IMG/VR virus record: IMGVR_UViG_3300045988_098681
From: a virus
Direction: 5' to 3' (one strand)
DNA length: 64,000 bases
In this document: in pieces, positions 7,604 to 15,946 of the stretch
How the letters are laid out: every line of letters starts with the position of its first letter
Position numbering within the stretch: position 1 is the stretch's first letter
The notes under the pieces: generated by a model
Told to the model about the DNA's origin: nothing
What the model saw: the letters and a program-made list of their open reading frames with translations, nothing else
Databases searched by the model: none
Made by a program: the position numbers and the translations under genes

Positions 7604-8425
7604 ATGGAAAGCAAATTAAATTTATACATCAATACATTACAATCTGAAAATACAAAGAAAGCATATAGACGCAATATCGAGTCTTATCTCAACACATGTG
7701 ATACTATTACGCTTGAATCCTACTTAACATGGGCGGCAACTATCGCAAGAGAGTCTGGTGCGACACAATACCAAAAAATCATGGCTGTTCGTGGGTTTAT
7801 TGGATTCTTGTTCGACTTAGGTGAGATTGATAGCGAAACTTACATGAAGATTAAAAAGCAAAGAACTCCAAAAGTGAACAATGCAAAGAAACTCCCGCTT
7901 AGCGCAGAACAAGTCAATGCAATCGTTCGCCAAGCAAGGACACCAAGAGAAAAAGCTATGCTTATGGTATTGTTCCATACTGGTATGCGTATTGGTGAAC
8001 TATTGAATATCAAGTTGTCCGACATTAACGCTGAAGGTGTAATCAAGGTTGTGGGCAAAGGTAATAAGTTCAGATATTGCTACATCAACGATGAAACAAT
8101 GGGGGCTATAAAAGATTATCTTAATGTTCGCAAAGAAAGTGAATATAATAACCTCTTCATCGGCAATCAAGGAAATCCAATGCAAGAGCAAAACTTTAAC
8201 AAGACAATCAAACTCCTTGCTGAACGTGCAGGAATTGATGTTGAGGCTTTGAACTTTAGTTGTCACTCGACGAGACACACAACAATTAGCATCTTGGCAG
8301 AAAAAGGTGTAACGATGCCTGTATTGCAAGAGATTGCAGGACACGCTGATATTCGTACCACAAAGAGATACATTGATAATAACCCAATGGCTGCAAGAGA
8401 AGCGATTATGGGATTAAGTTTTTAG
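7604..8425 (+). CDS. tyrosine recombinase / integrase (XerC/D-like)
   Basis: SAM-like N-domain; catalytic-region motifs TGMRIGEL, HSTRHT, GHADIRTTKRY. Confidence 0.85.
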   Translation: MESKLNLYINTLQSENTKKAYRRNIESYLNTCDTITLESYLTWAATIARESGATQYQKIMAVRGFIGFLFDLGEIDSETYMKIKKQRTPKVNNAKKLPLSAEQVNAIVRQARTPREKAMLMVLFHTGMRIGELLNIKLSDINAEGVIKVVGKGNKFRYCYINDETMGAIKDYLNVRKESEYNNLFIGNQGNPMQEQNFNKTIKLLAERAGIDVEALNFSCHSTRHTTISILAEKGVTMPVLQEIAGHADIRTTKRYIDNNPMAAREAIMGLSF

Positions 8426-8434
8426 GAGGTTGAC

Positions 8435-8608
8435 ATGGTTAGGGCACAAATTCACGATTTACGAGACGGCGACACTTATACAGAATGGTTCGATGACAAA
8501 AATGAGATGTTCGATTGTATAGTCGATTGGTATCCCGATTGCGACAGGACATTTAAACAAACAGATAATGGTGAATATATAGTTCAAATTGATGATTTAG
8601 AGAGATAG
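8435..8608 (+). CDS. hypothetical protein (57 aa)
   Basis: not in track; AGGAGG RBS 6 nt upstream; MVRAQIHDLRDGDTY... Confidence 0.45.
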   Translation: MVRAQIHDLRDGDTYTEWFDDKNEMFDCIVDWYPDCDRTFKQTDNGEYIVQIDDLER

Positions 8609-8673
8609 AAAGGATATAAAAAAAAAATGAAGTTAAGTAAGGTTTATAACGAGATAGTCAAAGGAGAATAAAA

Positions 8674-9264
8674 ATGAACAGGGATAAATTTGATCGCAAC
8701 TTAACCTTAATACTTATAGCAATCGTTATGGTGTTCTTCTTGGTTATTATGCCAAAGAACGCCTACGCTGAAATTAACCCGAACCAAGTGGCAAGCGATT
8801 ACAACATGGAACTTTGGGAAATGTGGACGCATGATACTGCTAATTCACAAAAGATGACCTATATGGACTATCGAGCCATTACTAACAAAGCATCTAATCA
8901 ATACAAGTTCCAACAACGTGACGATGTGTGGGTTGATGAATATGGGTTTTTAGTACAAAATTCTGAATGGTACGTTGTGGCTATGGGCAGCTATTGGGGT
9001 AAAATAGGTGATAAGTTTATTATTCACCTAGAGAATGGAGAGATTATTAGTTGTGTACTTGGGGATATTAAGTCTGATAGGCACACAGATAGACAAAACT
9101 ATGCGCACGAAAGCGATGGGCATGTGGTTGAGTTCTTGATCGATAGTGGTTCATCATATATGAAAGAAGTTGGTATGGCAAAGCATGGGCTTGTGAATAA
9201 GGTGTTTAAACAATGGGATAGTAAGATTGTAGGAATTTGTAAAGTAAAGGAGACGTGGCGATGA
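8674..9264 (+). CDS. exported/membrane-anchored protein of unknown function
   Basis: N-terminal hydrophobic span ending ..KNAYA (signal-peptide-like). Confidence 0.55.
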   Translation: MNRDKFDRNLTLILIAIVMVFFLVIMPKNAYAEINPNQVASDYNMELWEMWTHDTANSQKMTYMDYRAITNKASNQYKFQQRDDVWVDEYGFLVQNSEWYVVAMGSYWGKIGDKFIIHLENGEIISCVLGDIKSDRHTDRQNYAHESDGHVVEFLIDSGSSYMKEVGMAKHGLVNKVFKQWDSKIVGICKVKETWR

Positions 9265-9677
9265 AAAATTGGGAATTTTATGAAAAAGAATTGAGAACAT
9301 ATGGTATCAATTTTGCTATGGAGGATAATCAAATGTGCAGTTGTGCATTTGCTTCATGTGACAGATGTATGTTTAGTATGAGTGAATCATACCCATGTGA
9401 TGCAACTAGAGTAAAGTGGTTATATCAAGAATACAAAGAACCTGTTGTTTTGACCGATGATGAAAAAGCATTGTGTAAATTACTTGGTAGGGGCTGGATT
9501 GCAAGAGATGAAAATGGTAACTTGTGGTGGTATGAAAATAGACCAAAAGAAAAATTTATTGATGTCTGGCCTACTCCTAAGAATTCCACATTTATAGAAC
9601 TAGACGCTTTCCCTCAATGCAAATTCGATTTTATCAAATGGGAAGATGAAGAGCCGTGGGAGGTGCCACATGACTAG
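9261..9677 (+). CDS. hypothetical Cys-rich protein
   Basis: CSCAFASCDRCMFSMSESYPCD module. Confidence 0.55.
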   Translation: MKNWEFYEKELRTYGINFAMEDNQMCSCAFASCDRCMFSMSESYPCDATRVKWLYQEYKEPVVLTDDEKALCKLLGRGWIARDENGNLWWYENRPKEKFIDVWPTPKNSTFIELDAFPQCKFDFIKWEDEEPWEVPHD

Positions 9678-10125
9678 GGGAAATATGAAGAAACTTTTAC
9701 AAGATGTTGATTGGCTTCTTGATAAATATTGTCCGAATAGTGCATATTCTTGTGATGGTTGTAACTTAGAGTTGTTATGTGGAGACGATGTGTCACCGTG
9801 CATGTGGAAAGATATTTTGCAGAAAGAGATCTCTGCAAAAGACAAGCTCTTCTCCTCGAGATTTTCTAAAGAAATAAAAGTATCAGATCCTGTAAATTGG
9901 TATGATAAAAATAAAATCAAGGTCTCAATGTGGAACAATAAATTTTCTACCAACAAAGATACTGTAAGACTTATGTTTTTCTCCATAGACGATTTCATGA
10001 TGTATAAAGATTTCGACAAAGGAGATTTGGAAACTAATTGGTACTGTTGCTACGAAGATTACGAGAAACTGCCAAAAGTGGTTAGTGTACAATGGTTACT
10101 CGACCATGGATATAAGTTTTATTAA
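9670..10125 (+). CDS. hypothetical Cys-rich protein
   Basis: GGGAGGTG RBS; YCPNSAYSCDGCNLELLCGDDVSPC. Confidence 0.55.
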   Translation: MTRGNMKKLLQDVDWLLDKYCPNSAYSCDGCNLELLCGDDVSPCMWKDILQKEISAKDKLFSSRFSKEIKVSDPVNWYDKNKIKVSMWNNKFSTNKDTVRLMFFSIDDFMMYKDFDKGDLETNWYCCYEDYEKLPKVVSVQWLLDHGYKFY

Positions 10126-10191
10126 ATATAAAACATAAATAAAAAAAATAATTTTAGATAATATGTGGAAAATCATGGGAGGTGAAGGTAG

Positions 10192-10590
10192 ATGACTAAT
10201 TATGAACATTATAAAGAACAGATTGAAAGATTCGCTCGTATGGGGCAAAAGGTGGCGGTAAAAAAAGACACGAATGAAATCGTTTCTTGCGTTGATATAG
10301 TGTCAGGGTGTTGTGATGGTTGTTTGTTTGGAGGTTATGGCAATTGTGCTCAAAAAGCTATAGCATGGGCTGATGCTGAATACATTGAACCAAATGTAAA
10401 CTGGTATAAGATGACTGTTGACACGCCGATTATGGTTTCAAATGACAACATAGATTGGTATTGCAGACATTTTGCAAAATATGAAAACGGTTTATTTTAT
10501 GTTTGGGATGACGGAAGGACATCATATACAACAGATACAAAATCAACGTGGAAATACGCAAAATTAGTGAATGAAAATCAAACGATGTGA
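10192..10590 (+). CDS. hypothetical Cys-rich protein, tandem paralogue A
   Basis: MTNYEHYKEQIERF..., SGCCDGCLFGGYGNC, TVDTPIMV...WYCRHFAKYENG. Confidence 0.65.
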   Translation: MTNYEHYKEQIERFARMGQKVAVKKDTNEIVSCVDIVSGCCDGCLFGGYGNCAQKAIAWADAEYIEPNVNWYKMTVDTPIMVSNDNIDWYCRHFAKYENGLFYVWDDGRTSYTTDTKSTWKYAKLVNENQTM

Positions 10591-10595
10591 ATTTA

Positions 10596-11000
10596 ATGAC
10601 TAATTATGAAAAGTATAGAAGTGAAATTGAGAAATTTACTTGTTTAGGAATAACTTTTGGGTTTAATAAAGAAACTGAAGAATTTGATACTTGTTACAAC
10701 ATTAAATGCAGAAGTTGCATGTTTTTTGATATAGGAAATTGTATCAACAATAAAATGAAATGGGCTTATTCCGAATATATTGATAAACCAGAAGAAACTG
10801 ACTGGTCAAAAGTGACAGTTGATACACCAATATTGGTAAGAAATTCAACAGATAGTGATTGGTATTACAGACATTTTGCAAAATATGAAAATGGAAAAGT
10901 ATATGCTTGGCATGATGGGCTCACATCTTTTACTATTTATAATAATGATTTCGTAACTTGGTGGCTCTATGCAAAATTAGCGGAGGTAGACAATGAATAA
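10596..11000 (+). CDS. hypothetical Cys-rich protein, tandem paralogue B
   Basis: MTNYEKYRSEIEKF..., KCRSCMFFDIGNC, TVDTPILV...WYYRHFAKYENG. Confidence 0.65.
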   Translation: MTNYEKYRSEIEKFTCLGITFGFNKETEEFDTCYNIKCRSCMFFDIGNCINNKMKWAYSEYIDKPEETDWSKVTVDTPILVRNSTDSDWYYRHFAKYENGKVYAWHDGLTSFTIYNNDFVTWWLYAKLAEVDNE

Positions 11001-11391
11001 ATTTAATGAAGCATTAAATTTAATGAAGTGTTTCCCATGTAGTTTTATGAATTATGAGGGAGAAATTATATTCTATAAAAAAGGCAATATATTTTTTAGG
11101 TTTTCAAGTTGCGAAACTGAATTGGAAATTAAATGTAAAGTAATAGAGTTCCTTTCAAGGGCGGCATATAAAACACCTGTATATGATAGCGAGAGAAGGA
11201 ATAAAGAGTTTCATAGATATATGTTAAAAGGAATAAATGACTATCTAAATACCAATTTTGACTTTGACGATATAGAAATCATCTATACGTATCTTGGGAA
11301 TGGTGTTAATCGACCATTAACCGTAGCATTTATTGAAAGTGGATATGATATGAATGTTATAAAAGAATATGAAAGAAGTAGAAAATGGTAA
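10993..11391 (+). CDS. hypothetical protein
   Basis: GGAGGT RBS. Confidence 0.6.
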   Translation: MNKFNEALNLMKCFPCSFMNYEGEIIFYKKGNIFFRFSSCETELEIKCKVIEFLSRAAYKTPVYDSERRNKEFHRYMLKGINDYLNTNFDFDDIEIIYTYLGNGVNRPLTVAFIESGYDMNVIKEYERSRKW

Positions 11392-11594
11392 TGAAATGTG
11401 GTTGGAAATATAGAGGATATATTGCTGAATTTGACATGGATTATCCTGTAATTCCTTATTGTGGTCATATAGCAGATATAGGTGATTTGGTTACATTTGA
11501 AGCAGGTACACTTGATGAATTGGAAAAACAATTTAGATTAGCAGTTGATGATTATATCGAATTTTGTAAAGAGGTGGGTAAGAATGGAATTTAA
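11391..11594 (+). CDS. HicB-like antitoxin-family protein (orphan)
   Basis: YRGYIAEFDMD....GHIADIGDLVTFEAGTLDELEKQFRLAVDDYIEFCKEVG fits the HicB_lk_antitox pattern as I recall it; no HicA-like partner seen. Confidence 0.6.
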   Translation: MKCGWKYRGYIAEFDMDYPVIPYCGHIADIGDLVTFEAGTLDELEKQFRLAVDDYIEFCKEVGKNGI

Positions 11595-11928
11595 TTATTT
11601 AGTTGAAAAGCAAAGAATGTTAAATAGTTTAGGTCGAACATCAAAAATGTGCACTGGTGTGAATTGTTATGAGTGTCCATTAAATGCTTACAGTGAAGGT
11701 TGCGATTATTTTGAAGGTGAATATCCCTTAGAAGCTACCGAAATCGTTCGCAAGTGGGCTGAAGAACACCCACGAAAAACAAGAAAAGATGTTTTGTTAG
11801 AAAAGTTTCCAAATGCAACGTTAATGGATAATAATGGGGGTTATATGATTTGTGCAGAATATCTTGGTTTATGTTCTAATTGCGAAAGGAATAATTGTGC
11901 AAAATGTTGGAATACGGAGGTAGAATAA
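11584..11928 (+). CDS. hypothetical Cys-rich protein
   Basis: GAGGTGGG RBS; CTGVNCYECPLNAYSEGCDYF ... CSNCERNNCAKC. Confidence 0.55.
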   Translation: MEFNYLVEKQRMLNSLGRTSKMCTGVNCYECPLNAYSEGCDYFEGEYPLEATEIVRKWAEEHPRKTRKDVLLEKFPNATLMDNNGGYMICAEYLGLCSNCERNNCAKCWNTEVE

Positions 11929-12062
11929 TGAAATGCAACAATACACATTGTAAATATTATGTTAAAGCGAAAAAGGATTTGTTTGCAAATATGATGGGAT
12001 TAGGAACGTTAACCACCGATGGAGGTTGCAAATATCCATATTGCAAGAAGAACAATAAATAG
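11928..12062 (+). CDS. hypothetical small Cys-containing protein (44 aa)
   Basis: not in track; TAATG-coupled start; MKCNNTHCKYY...GGCKYPYCKK. Confidence 0.35.
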   Translation: MKCNNTHCKYYVKAKKDLFANMMGLGTLTTDGGCKYPYCKKNNK

Positions 12063-12077
12063 ATGAGGTGAACAAAA

Positions 12078-12326
12078 ATGAAAATGGACGGTAGAGGATT
12101 AGCATCTGAAGTCAATTATTTAGGTCAAGAACGAGCGGCAAGAAAGTTGTTGTTAAAAAATAAAATTGCAACGGCAGAAGAAATTGCTATTATGACAGAT
12201 ATTGAGGTGTATAATAAATTGCTTGAACAATACGAAGTTGTAATGATAGGAAGTGATAAGATTCTGATTATTGCAAAAGAAAATATTCAAACTTTTAATG
12301 ATATTGCAGTTTATCTTAGTAGGTAG
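12078..12326 (+). CDS. hypothetical protein
   Basis: GAGGTGA RBS. Confidence 0.6.
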   Translation: MKMDGRGLASEVNYLGQERAARKLLLKNKIATAEEIAIMTDIEVYNKLLEQYEVVMIGSDKILIIAKENIQTFNDIAVYLSR

Positions 12327-12341
12327 GGAGCATTAGTGGTA

Positions 12342-12704
12342 ATGAATCGAAAAAACATTACAAAAGCAGAAAGAGAAAAAGTGTATCAAAAGTATGGTGG
12401 GCATTGTGCATATTGCGGAAAAGAAATTGAATATAAAGATATGCAAGTTGACCATTTAATTCCTATAAATGGTTGGAATGAAATGGGAACAGATGATTTT
12501 GAAAATTTAATGCCATCCTGCCGTAGATGTAATCATTATAAGCGAGCAAATAGCCTTGAGGTTTGGCGAAAGATGATTGAAGAAATTCCACAAAAATTAG
12601 AACGTGATAGTTATATATACAGAGTAGCATTAGATTATGGGTTGATTGAACTGGAACCGCACAAGGTATGCTTTTATTTTGAGAAAGAAGGTGAACAGGA
12701 ATGA
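12342..12704 (+). CDS. HNH endonuclease
   Basis: HCAYCGK...VDHLIP......CRRCNHYK (CxxC..H-N-H..CxxC). Confidence 0.85.
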   Translation: MNRKNITKAEREKVYQKYGGHCAYCGKEIEYKDMQVDHLIPINGWNEMGTDDFENLMPSCRRCNHYKRANSLEVWRKMIEEIPQKLERDSYIYRVALDYGLIELEPHKVCFYFEKEGEQE

Positions 12705-12811
12705 TTAAGTGGTTATATTTTGGAGCGTGGAATGAAGAGAGAATATATGTATGGAAAAAGGTCGCATACAAAACGCCATTAAAGAAGCATTAGTAAGGGA
12801 GATGAGCAGGA

Positions 12812-13093
12812 ATGACATATGAGGAAATAATCACATGGAACAAGGTCAAAACAAGACCGTTAACCGAAGAAGAAAAAAGAGAAGCTATCGAGCAATTTGG
12901 TTATGAATTTAATTACATGTTTGATTGCAAAATGCCAGATGATGGCGATGAAATTTTGATTGTTACAAAATATGGGGTTGATACTGATGTATGCGGAATG
13001 GACGAGGGATACTACTTAGAAGGACTCGGCGATTGGGAAGGTGTTATCGCATGGGCAGAAATGCCAAAGTACAAGGTAGGTGAGCAGGAGTGA
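12812..13093 (+). CDS. hypothetical protein
   Basis: ORF with GGGAGATGAG upstream. Confidence 0.55.
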   Translation: MTYEEIITWNKVKTRPLTEEEKREAIEQFGYEFNYMFDCKMPDDGDEILIVTKYGVDTDVCGMDEGYYLEGLGDWEGVIAWAEMPKYKVGEQE

Positions 13094-13142
13094 TAAAATA
13101 TAAAGCAAAAAAAAACAACGGGGAAAGCGAGGTGTGATTTAT

Positions 13143-13421
13143 ATGATTGTAAGTGCTGCGGTAAAGATTATTACAACATCTAATGACAATAAGGTGATTA
13201 TTACAGGTTTAAGACATTGTGATTGTTATAATACATTGGCGAATTTAGGGCTGAAACAAATAGAGGACTATTTTATTGTTGATGATGGGTTTATTGACCA
13301 TCAAGGTAATTTTTTAGATAGAAGAGATGCGTGGAAACACGCTCGTAATTGTGGACAATTACCTGTAAATATTATTGAACATAATATAAGCGAAGAATTG
13401 TTTAGCGAAGATTTATATTAG
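13143..13421 (+). CDS. hypothetical protein
   Basis: ATG 8 nt after GAGGTG. Confidence 0.55.
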   Translation: MIVSAAVKIITTSNDNKVIITGLRHCDCYNTLANLGLKQIEDYFIVDDGFIDHQGNFLDRRDAWKHARNCGQLPVNIIEHNISEELFSEDLY

Positions 13422-13500
13422 AGAGGTGAACTACCCACCATCTAAAGTTTGTATTTTTAAAAATAGAAGAGGCAAAAGATAGCACTAAAGGAGGTACACA

Positions 13501-13758
13501 ATGGCTGAATATCATGTAGGGGCAGGCGTATTTGGAATTTATGCAGGAACGCTGAACAAGGCAAAGACCATGTGGCAGAATAAAACAGAATGTACAGACG
13601 AGGCGATAAATGCTGTGCGTGATTACATGGTCGGCGAACTGCTCGGTGGTTTGCAATGCACAAAAGCAAAACAAAGTGGTTATGAATGGACGTTGAAAGA
13701 CGGCAGAATAGTAAAGTTGCTGGTTGAAATTACGGCGGCTGAAAAGGAGAGGAAGTAG
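13501..13758 (+). CDS. hypothetical protein
   Basis: AAAGGAGGT RBS. Confidence 0.65.
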   Translation: MAEYHVGAGVFGIYAGTLNKAKTMWQNKTECTDEAINAVRDYMVGELLGGLQCTKAKQSGYEWTLKDGRIVKLLVEITAAEKERK

Positions 13759-13760
13759 GA

Positions 13761-13943
13761 ATGAGGATAGTATGTGATAGATGCAGAAAAAACACTGTTG
13801 ATTTTGAAGACAGAAAAGATTGGAAACATATAGAGATGTATGAAAAGGGATATGGAAAATTAGACGATTATTATTTTTGCAAAGAATGTTCAAGTGCATT
13901 CTACAAGTTTTTAAGTAATAAGGAGGTGAACAAGAATGACTAA
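13761..13943 (+). CDS. small zinc-ribbon protein
   Basis: CDRC ... CKEC. Confidence 0.55.
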   Translation: MRIVCDRCRKNTVDFEDRKDWKHIEMYEKGYGKLDDYYFCKECSSAFYKFLSNKEVNKND

Positions 13944-14163
13944 ATCAGAACTGAACGAAATTATGGATAAAAGTAATTTTTACATCGACTCCAATAACTT
14001 ATATGATATGCAAATTTTAAATATTCTATATGCCCAAACACATGCTTGTGCTAATTGTGCCGAAGCTGATTTTAGTTGTAACGGAGCGAGAATCTATTGT
14101 CTTAACCATGGTTGTTATATGAAGTTTGAGAACTGTTGCAGAGATTGGAAGGAGGAAGAATGA
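13936..14163 (+). CDS. hypothetical Cys-rich protein
   Basis: AAGGAGGTG RBS; CANCAEADFSCNGARIYCLNHGC. Confidence 0.55.
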   Translation: MTKSELNEIMDKSNFYIDSNNLYDMQILNILYAQTHACANCAEADFSCNGARIYCLNHGCYMKFENCCRDWKEEE

Positions 14164-14417
14164 CAGTAGAAGAATTAAGAGCAGAAGCCGATAAGATGGG
14201 CTATATGATATCAAGAAAACCAGAACGTGTCCCACATGGTAAATGTGAATGTGGTGGTCTAGGTCGAGCCAAACACCATTTTGTTGGTAGTGAACTTTGG
14301 GCATTTATTGTTTGTGATGAGTGTGGAGCAAAGACGCGAGATTATGACAGGGATAGCAAAGCATGGAAGGCTTGGAACAAAATGATGGGATACAATAAGG
14401 AGGAGGAAGATGATTGA
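14160..14417 (+). CDS. Lar-family restriction-alleviation-like protein
   Basis: CECGG...(x)...W.FIVCDECGAKT......AWKAWNKM matches the Lar-family Zn-ribbon pattern (recalled). Confidence 0.5.
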   Translation: MTVEELRAEADKMGYMISRKPERVPHGKCECGGLGRAKHHFVGSELWAFIVCDECGAKTRDYDRDSKAWKAWNKMMGYNKEEEDD

Positions 14418-14568
14418 ATTAACGAAAAGCGAAGTAGACTCCTTGATGGGCTTTATCGAGTTTAATATTTTCAATGTAATAAGGAATAACGAAGAGATTG
14501 ATAGCGTCACATGGTTAGACAACATGATGTCGATTTATAGAAAGTGTAAGGAGGTACTAAATGAATGA
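14410..14568 (+). CDS. hypothetical protein (52 aa)
   Basis: not in track; AGGAGGAAG RBS. Confidence 0.4.
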   Translation: MIELTKSEVDSLMGFIEFNIFNVIRNNEEIDSVTWLDNMMSIYRKCKEVLNE

Positions 14569-14693
14569 ATATATTAGCTAATATTATTCATGTGACATTT
14601 ATTGTTTGGGTAATTGTTGCATCAATAGTCGCGCTATTGGTCTATGGAAACATGAGTATCAATCATATAGAAAAGGGGGATAATGATGAATGA
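14565..14693 (+). CDS. small membrane peptide (42 aa)
   Basis: not in track; ATGA-coupled at both ends; MNILANIIHVTFIVWVIVASIVALLVYG... Confidence 0.35.
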   Translation: MNILANIIHVTFIVWVIVASIVALLVYGNMSINHIEKGDNDE

Positions 14694-15055
14694 AGAAACT
14701 AAAATTTGAATGGTATGTACTCAACGAGAACTTCAATCGCAATCACTCTATTGAGCCGTACAACATCTTTAACAACATTCGAGTTAATGAGGAAACCAAT
14801 GCTCTTTGCGTCAAGTATAAGCGTGATAAAATGACTTTCGAGGACTTTACCGAAGAGCTTCGTAAAATCATCATGTGGCAAGAATGGAGTAGATGTGAAT
14901 ATGAAATCTTGGTTAGCAGCATGTTTGACGACAAAAGAGAGCATGAGAAAAAGATTGATTGCTACGAACAGGCATTGCCGAATATCAAGATTATTGCTAA
15001 GTATGTTTTAGAAGAATACTACCCAAGACTAAAAATTTCACTCGACACAAAATAA
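14690..15055 (+). CDS. hypothetical protein
   Basis: 121-aa ORF. Confidence 0.6.
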   Translation: MKKLKFEWYVLNENFNRNHSIEPYNIFNNIRVNEETNALCVKYKRDKMTFEDFTEELRKIIMWQEWSRCEYEILVSSMFDDKREHEKKIDCYEQALPNIKIIAKYVLEEYYPRLKISLDTK

Positions 15056-15060
15056 TTAGA

Positions 15061-15089
15061 TTGACAATTTAACTCAAAATCTTTATATT
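15061..15089 (+). promoter_or_regulatory. sigma-A consensus promoter ahead of the recombination/replication module
   Basis: TTGACA - 17 nt - TATATT. Confidence 0.6.
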
Positions 15090-15108
15090 ATAACAAAGGA
15101 GGTGCTGT

Positions 15109-15609
15109 ATGAACGCATTATATGAAATTGACCATAATTTGTATGAGCTTTTAGAGAATGACATGGTTGTAGATGAGGAAACGGGCGAGATTTTGTTTGA
15201 AGATTCCGACATTGACAACTTACTCTTATCTCGTGACCAAAAACTCGAAAATACAGCTTGTTACATTAAAAACCTTATGGGAGACATTGACAAAATCAAA
15301 GTTGAGGAAAAAGCCCTAAAAGAACGCAGACAAACTAAAGAAAAAAAGGTCGAGAGGTTAAAGAGTTATCTTGCAAATTCTATGCTTTTGTTTGGCGATA
15401 AGAAATTTGAAACTCCAAGAGTTGCACTTTCGCTCAGAAAGTCTAAACAAGTCGAAATTGCAGAGGGGGCTGATATCCCACAAGAGTACATGACGATTAA
15501 GGTTGAGGAAAATCCGAACAAGACAAAACTCAAAGACGCAATTTTAAAGCAAGGATTAGTAATTGATGGGGTTAAAGTAGTAGAAAAAGAGAATTTACAA
15601 CTCAAATAA
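15109..15609 (+). CDS. Siphovirus Gp157-family protein
   Basis: overall pattern LYEI...L...D.ETGEI.....L.......K..N.A..IKNL......IK.EEK.L..RR.......LK.YL...M.....KKFET....LS.RKS..VEI matches Gp157 family (recalled). Confidence 0.65.
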   Translation: MNALYEIDHNLYELLENDMVVDEETGEILFEDSDIDNLLLSRDQKLENTACYIKNLMGDIDKIKVEEKALKERRQTKEKKVERLKSYLANSMLLFGDKKFETPRVALSLRKSKQVEIAEGADIPQEYMTIKVEENPNKTKLKDAILKQGLVIDGVKVVEKENLQLK

Positions 15610-15623
15610 AATAAGGAGAACAC

Positions 15624-15932
15624 ATGGTAACAATTTATCGAGTGAATGACAAAGAGTTCAACACTTACGAGGATGCAAAAGCATACGAAGAAGAACTCGA
15701 GCAAAAAGAAAAAGAACGCATTGAAAAAGAACAAAAGAAGCAAGAGCGAATCAAAGAAGTCGCTAATGCAGCCAATGAATATATGCGGCTCGTAGAAGCA
15801 TACGAAAAGGACTACGGCAAGATTGGCGTAAAAGAAAATAATAATTTGAACAATAACTTGAATAATAATTGGAATGCAAAAGCAAAAGAGTACGAAAGTA
15901 TTATTAGTGATTTTTTAAAGATTTTTTATTAA
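15624..15932 (+). CDS. hypothetical coiled-coil protein
   Basis: AAGGAGAA RBS; E/K-rich. Confidence 0.55.
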   Translation: MVTIYRVNDKEFNTYEDAKAYEEELEQKEKERIEKEQKKQERIKEVANAANEYMRLVEAYEKDYGKIGVKENNNLNNNLNNNWNAKAKEYESIISDFLKIFY

Positions 15933-15946
15933 AGAAAGGATAAACT

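Noticed and set aside
8674-9264. Endolysin / cell-wall hydrolase assignment for the signal-peptide protein
   Set aside because: I could not match any catalytic motif with confidence. The location in the early arm also argues against a lysis role, so it is left as an exported protein of unknown function.
13402-13899. 165-aa minus-strand ORF
   Set aside because: It is antisense to two plus-strand genes with strong RBSs (13501, 13761). Its composition is Cys/Phe/Leu-rich, typical of antisense reading of AT-rich coding DNA.
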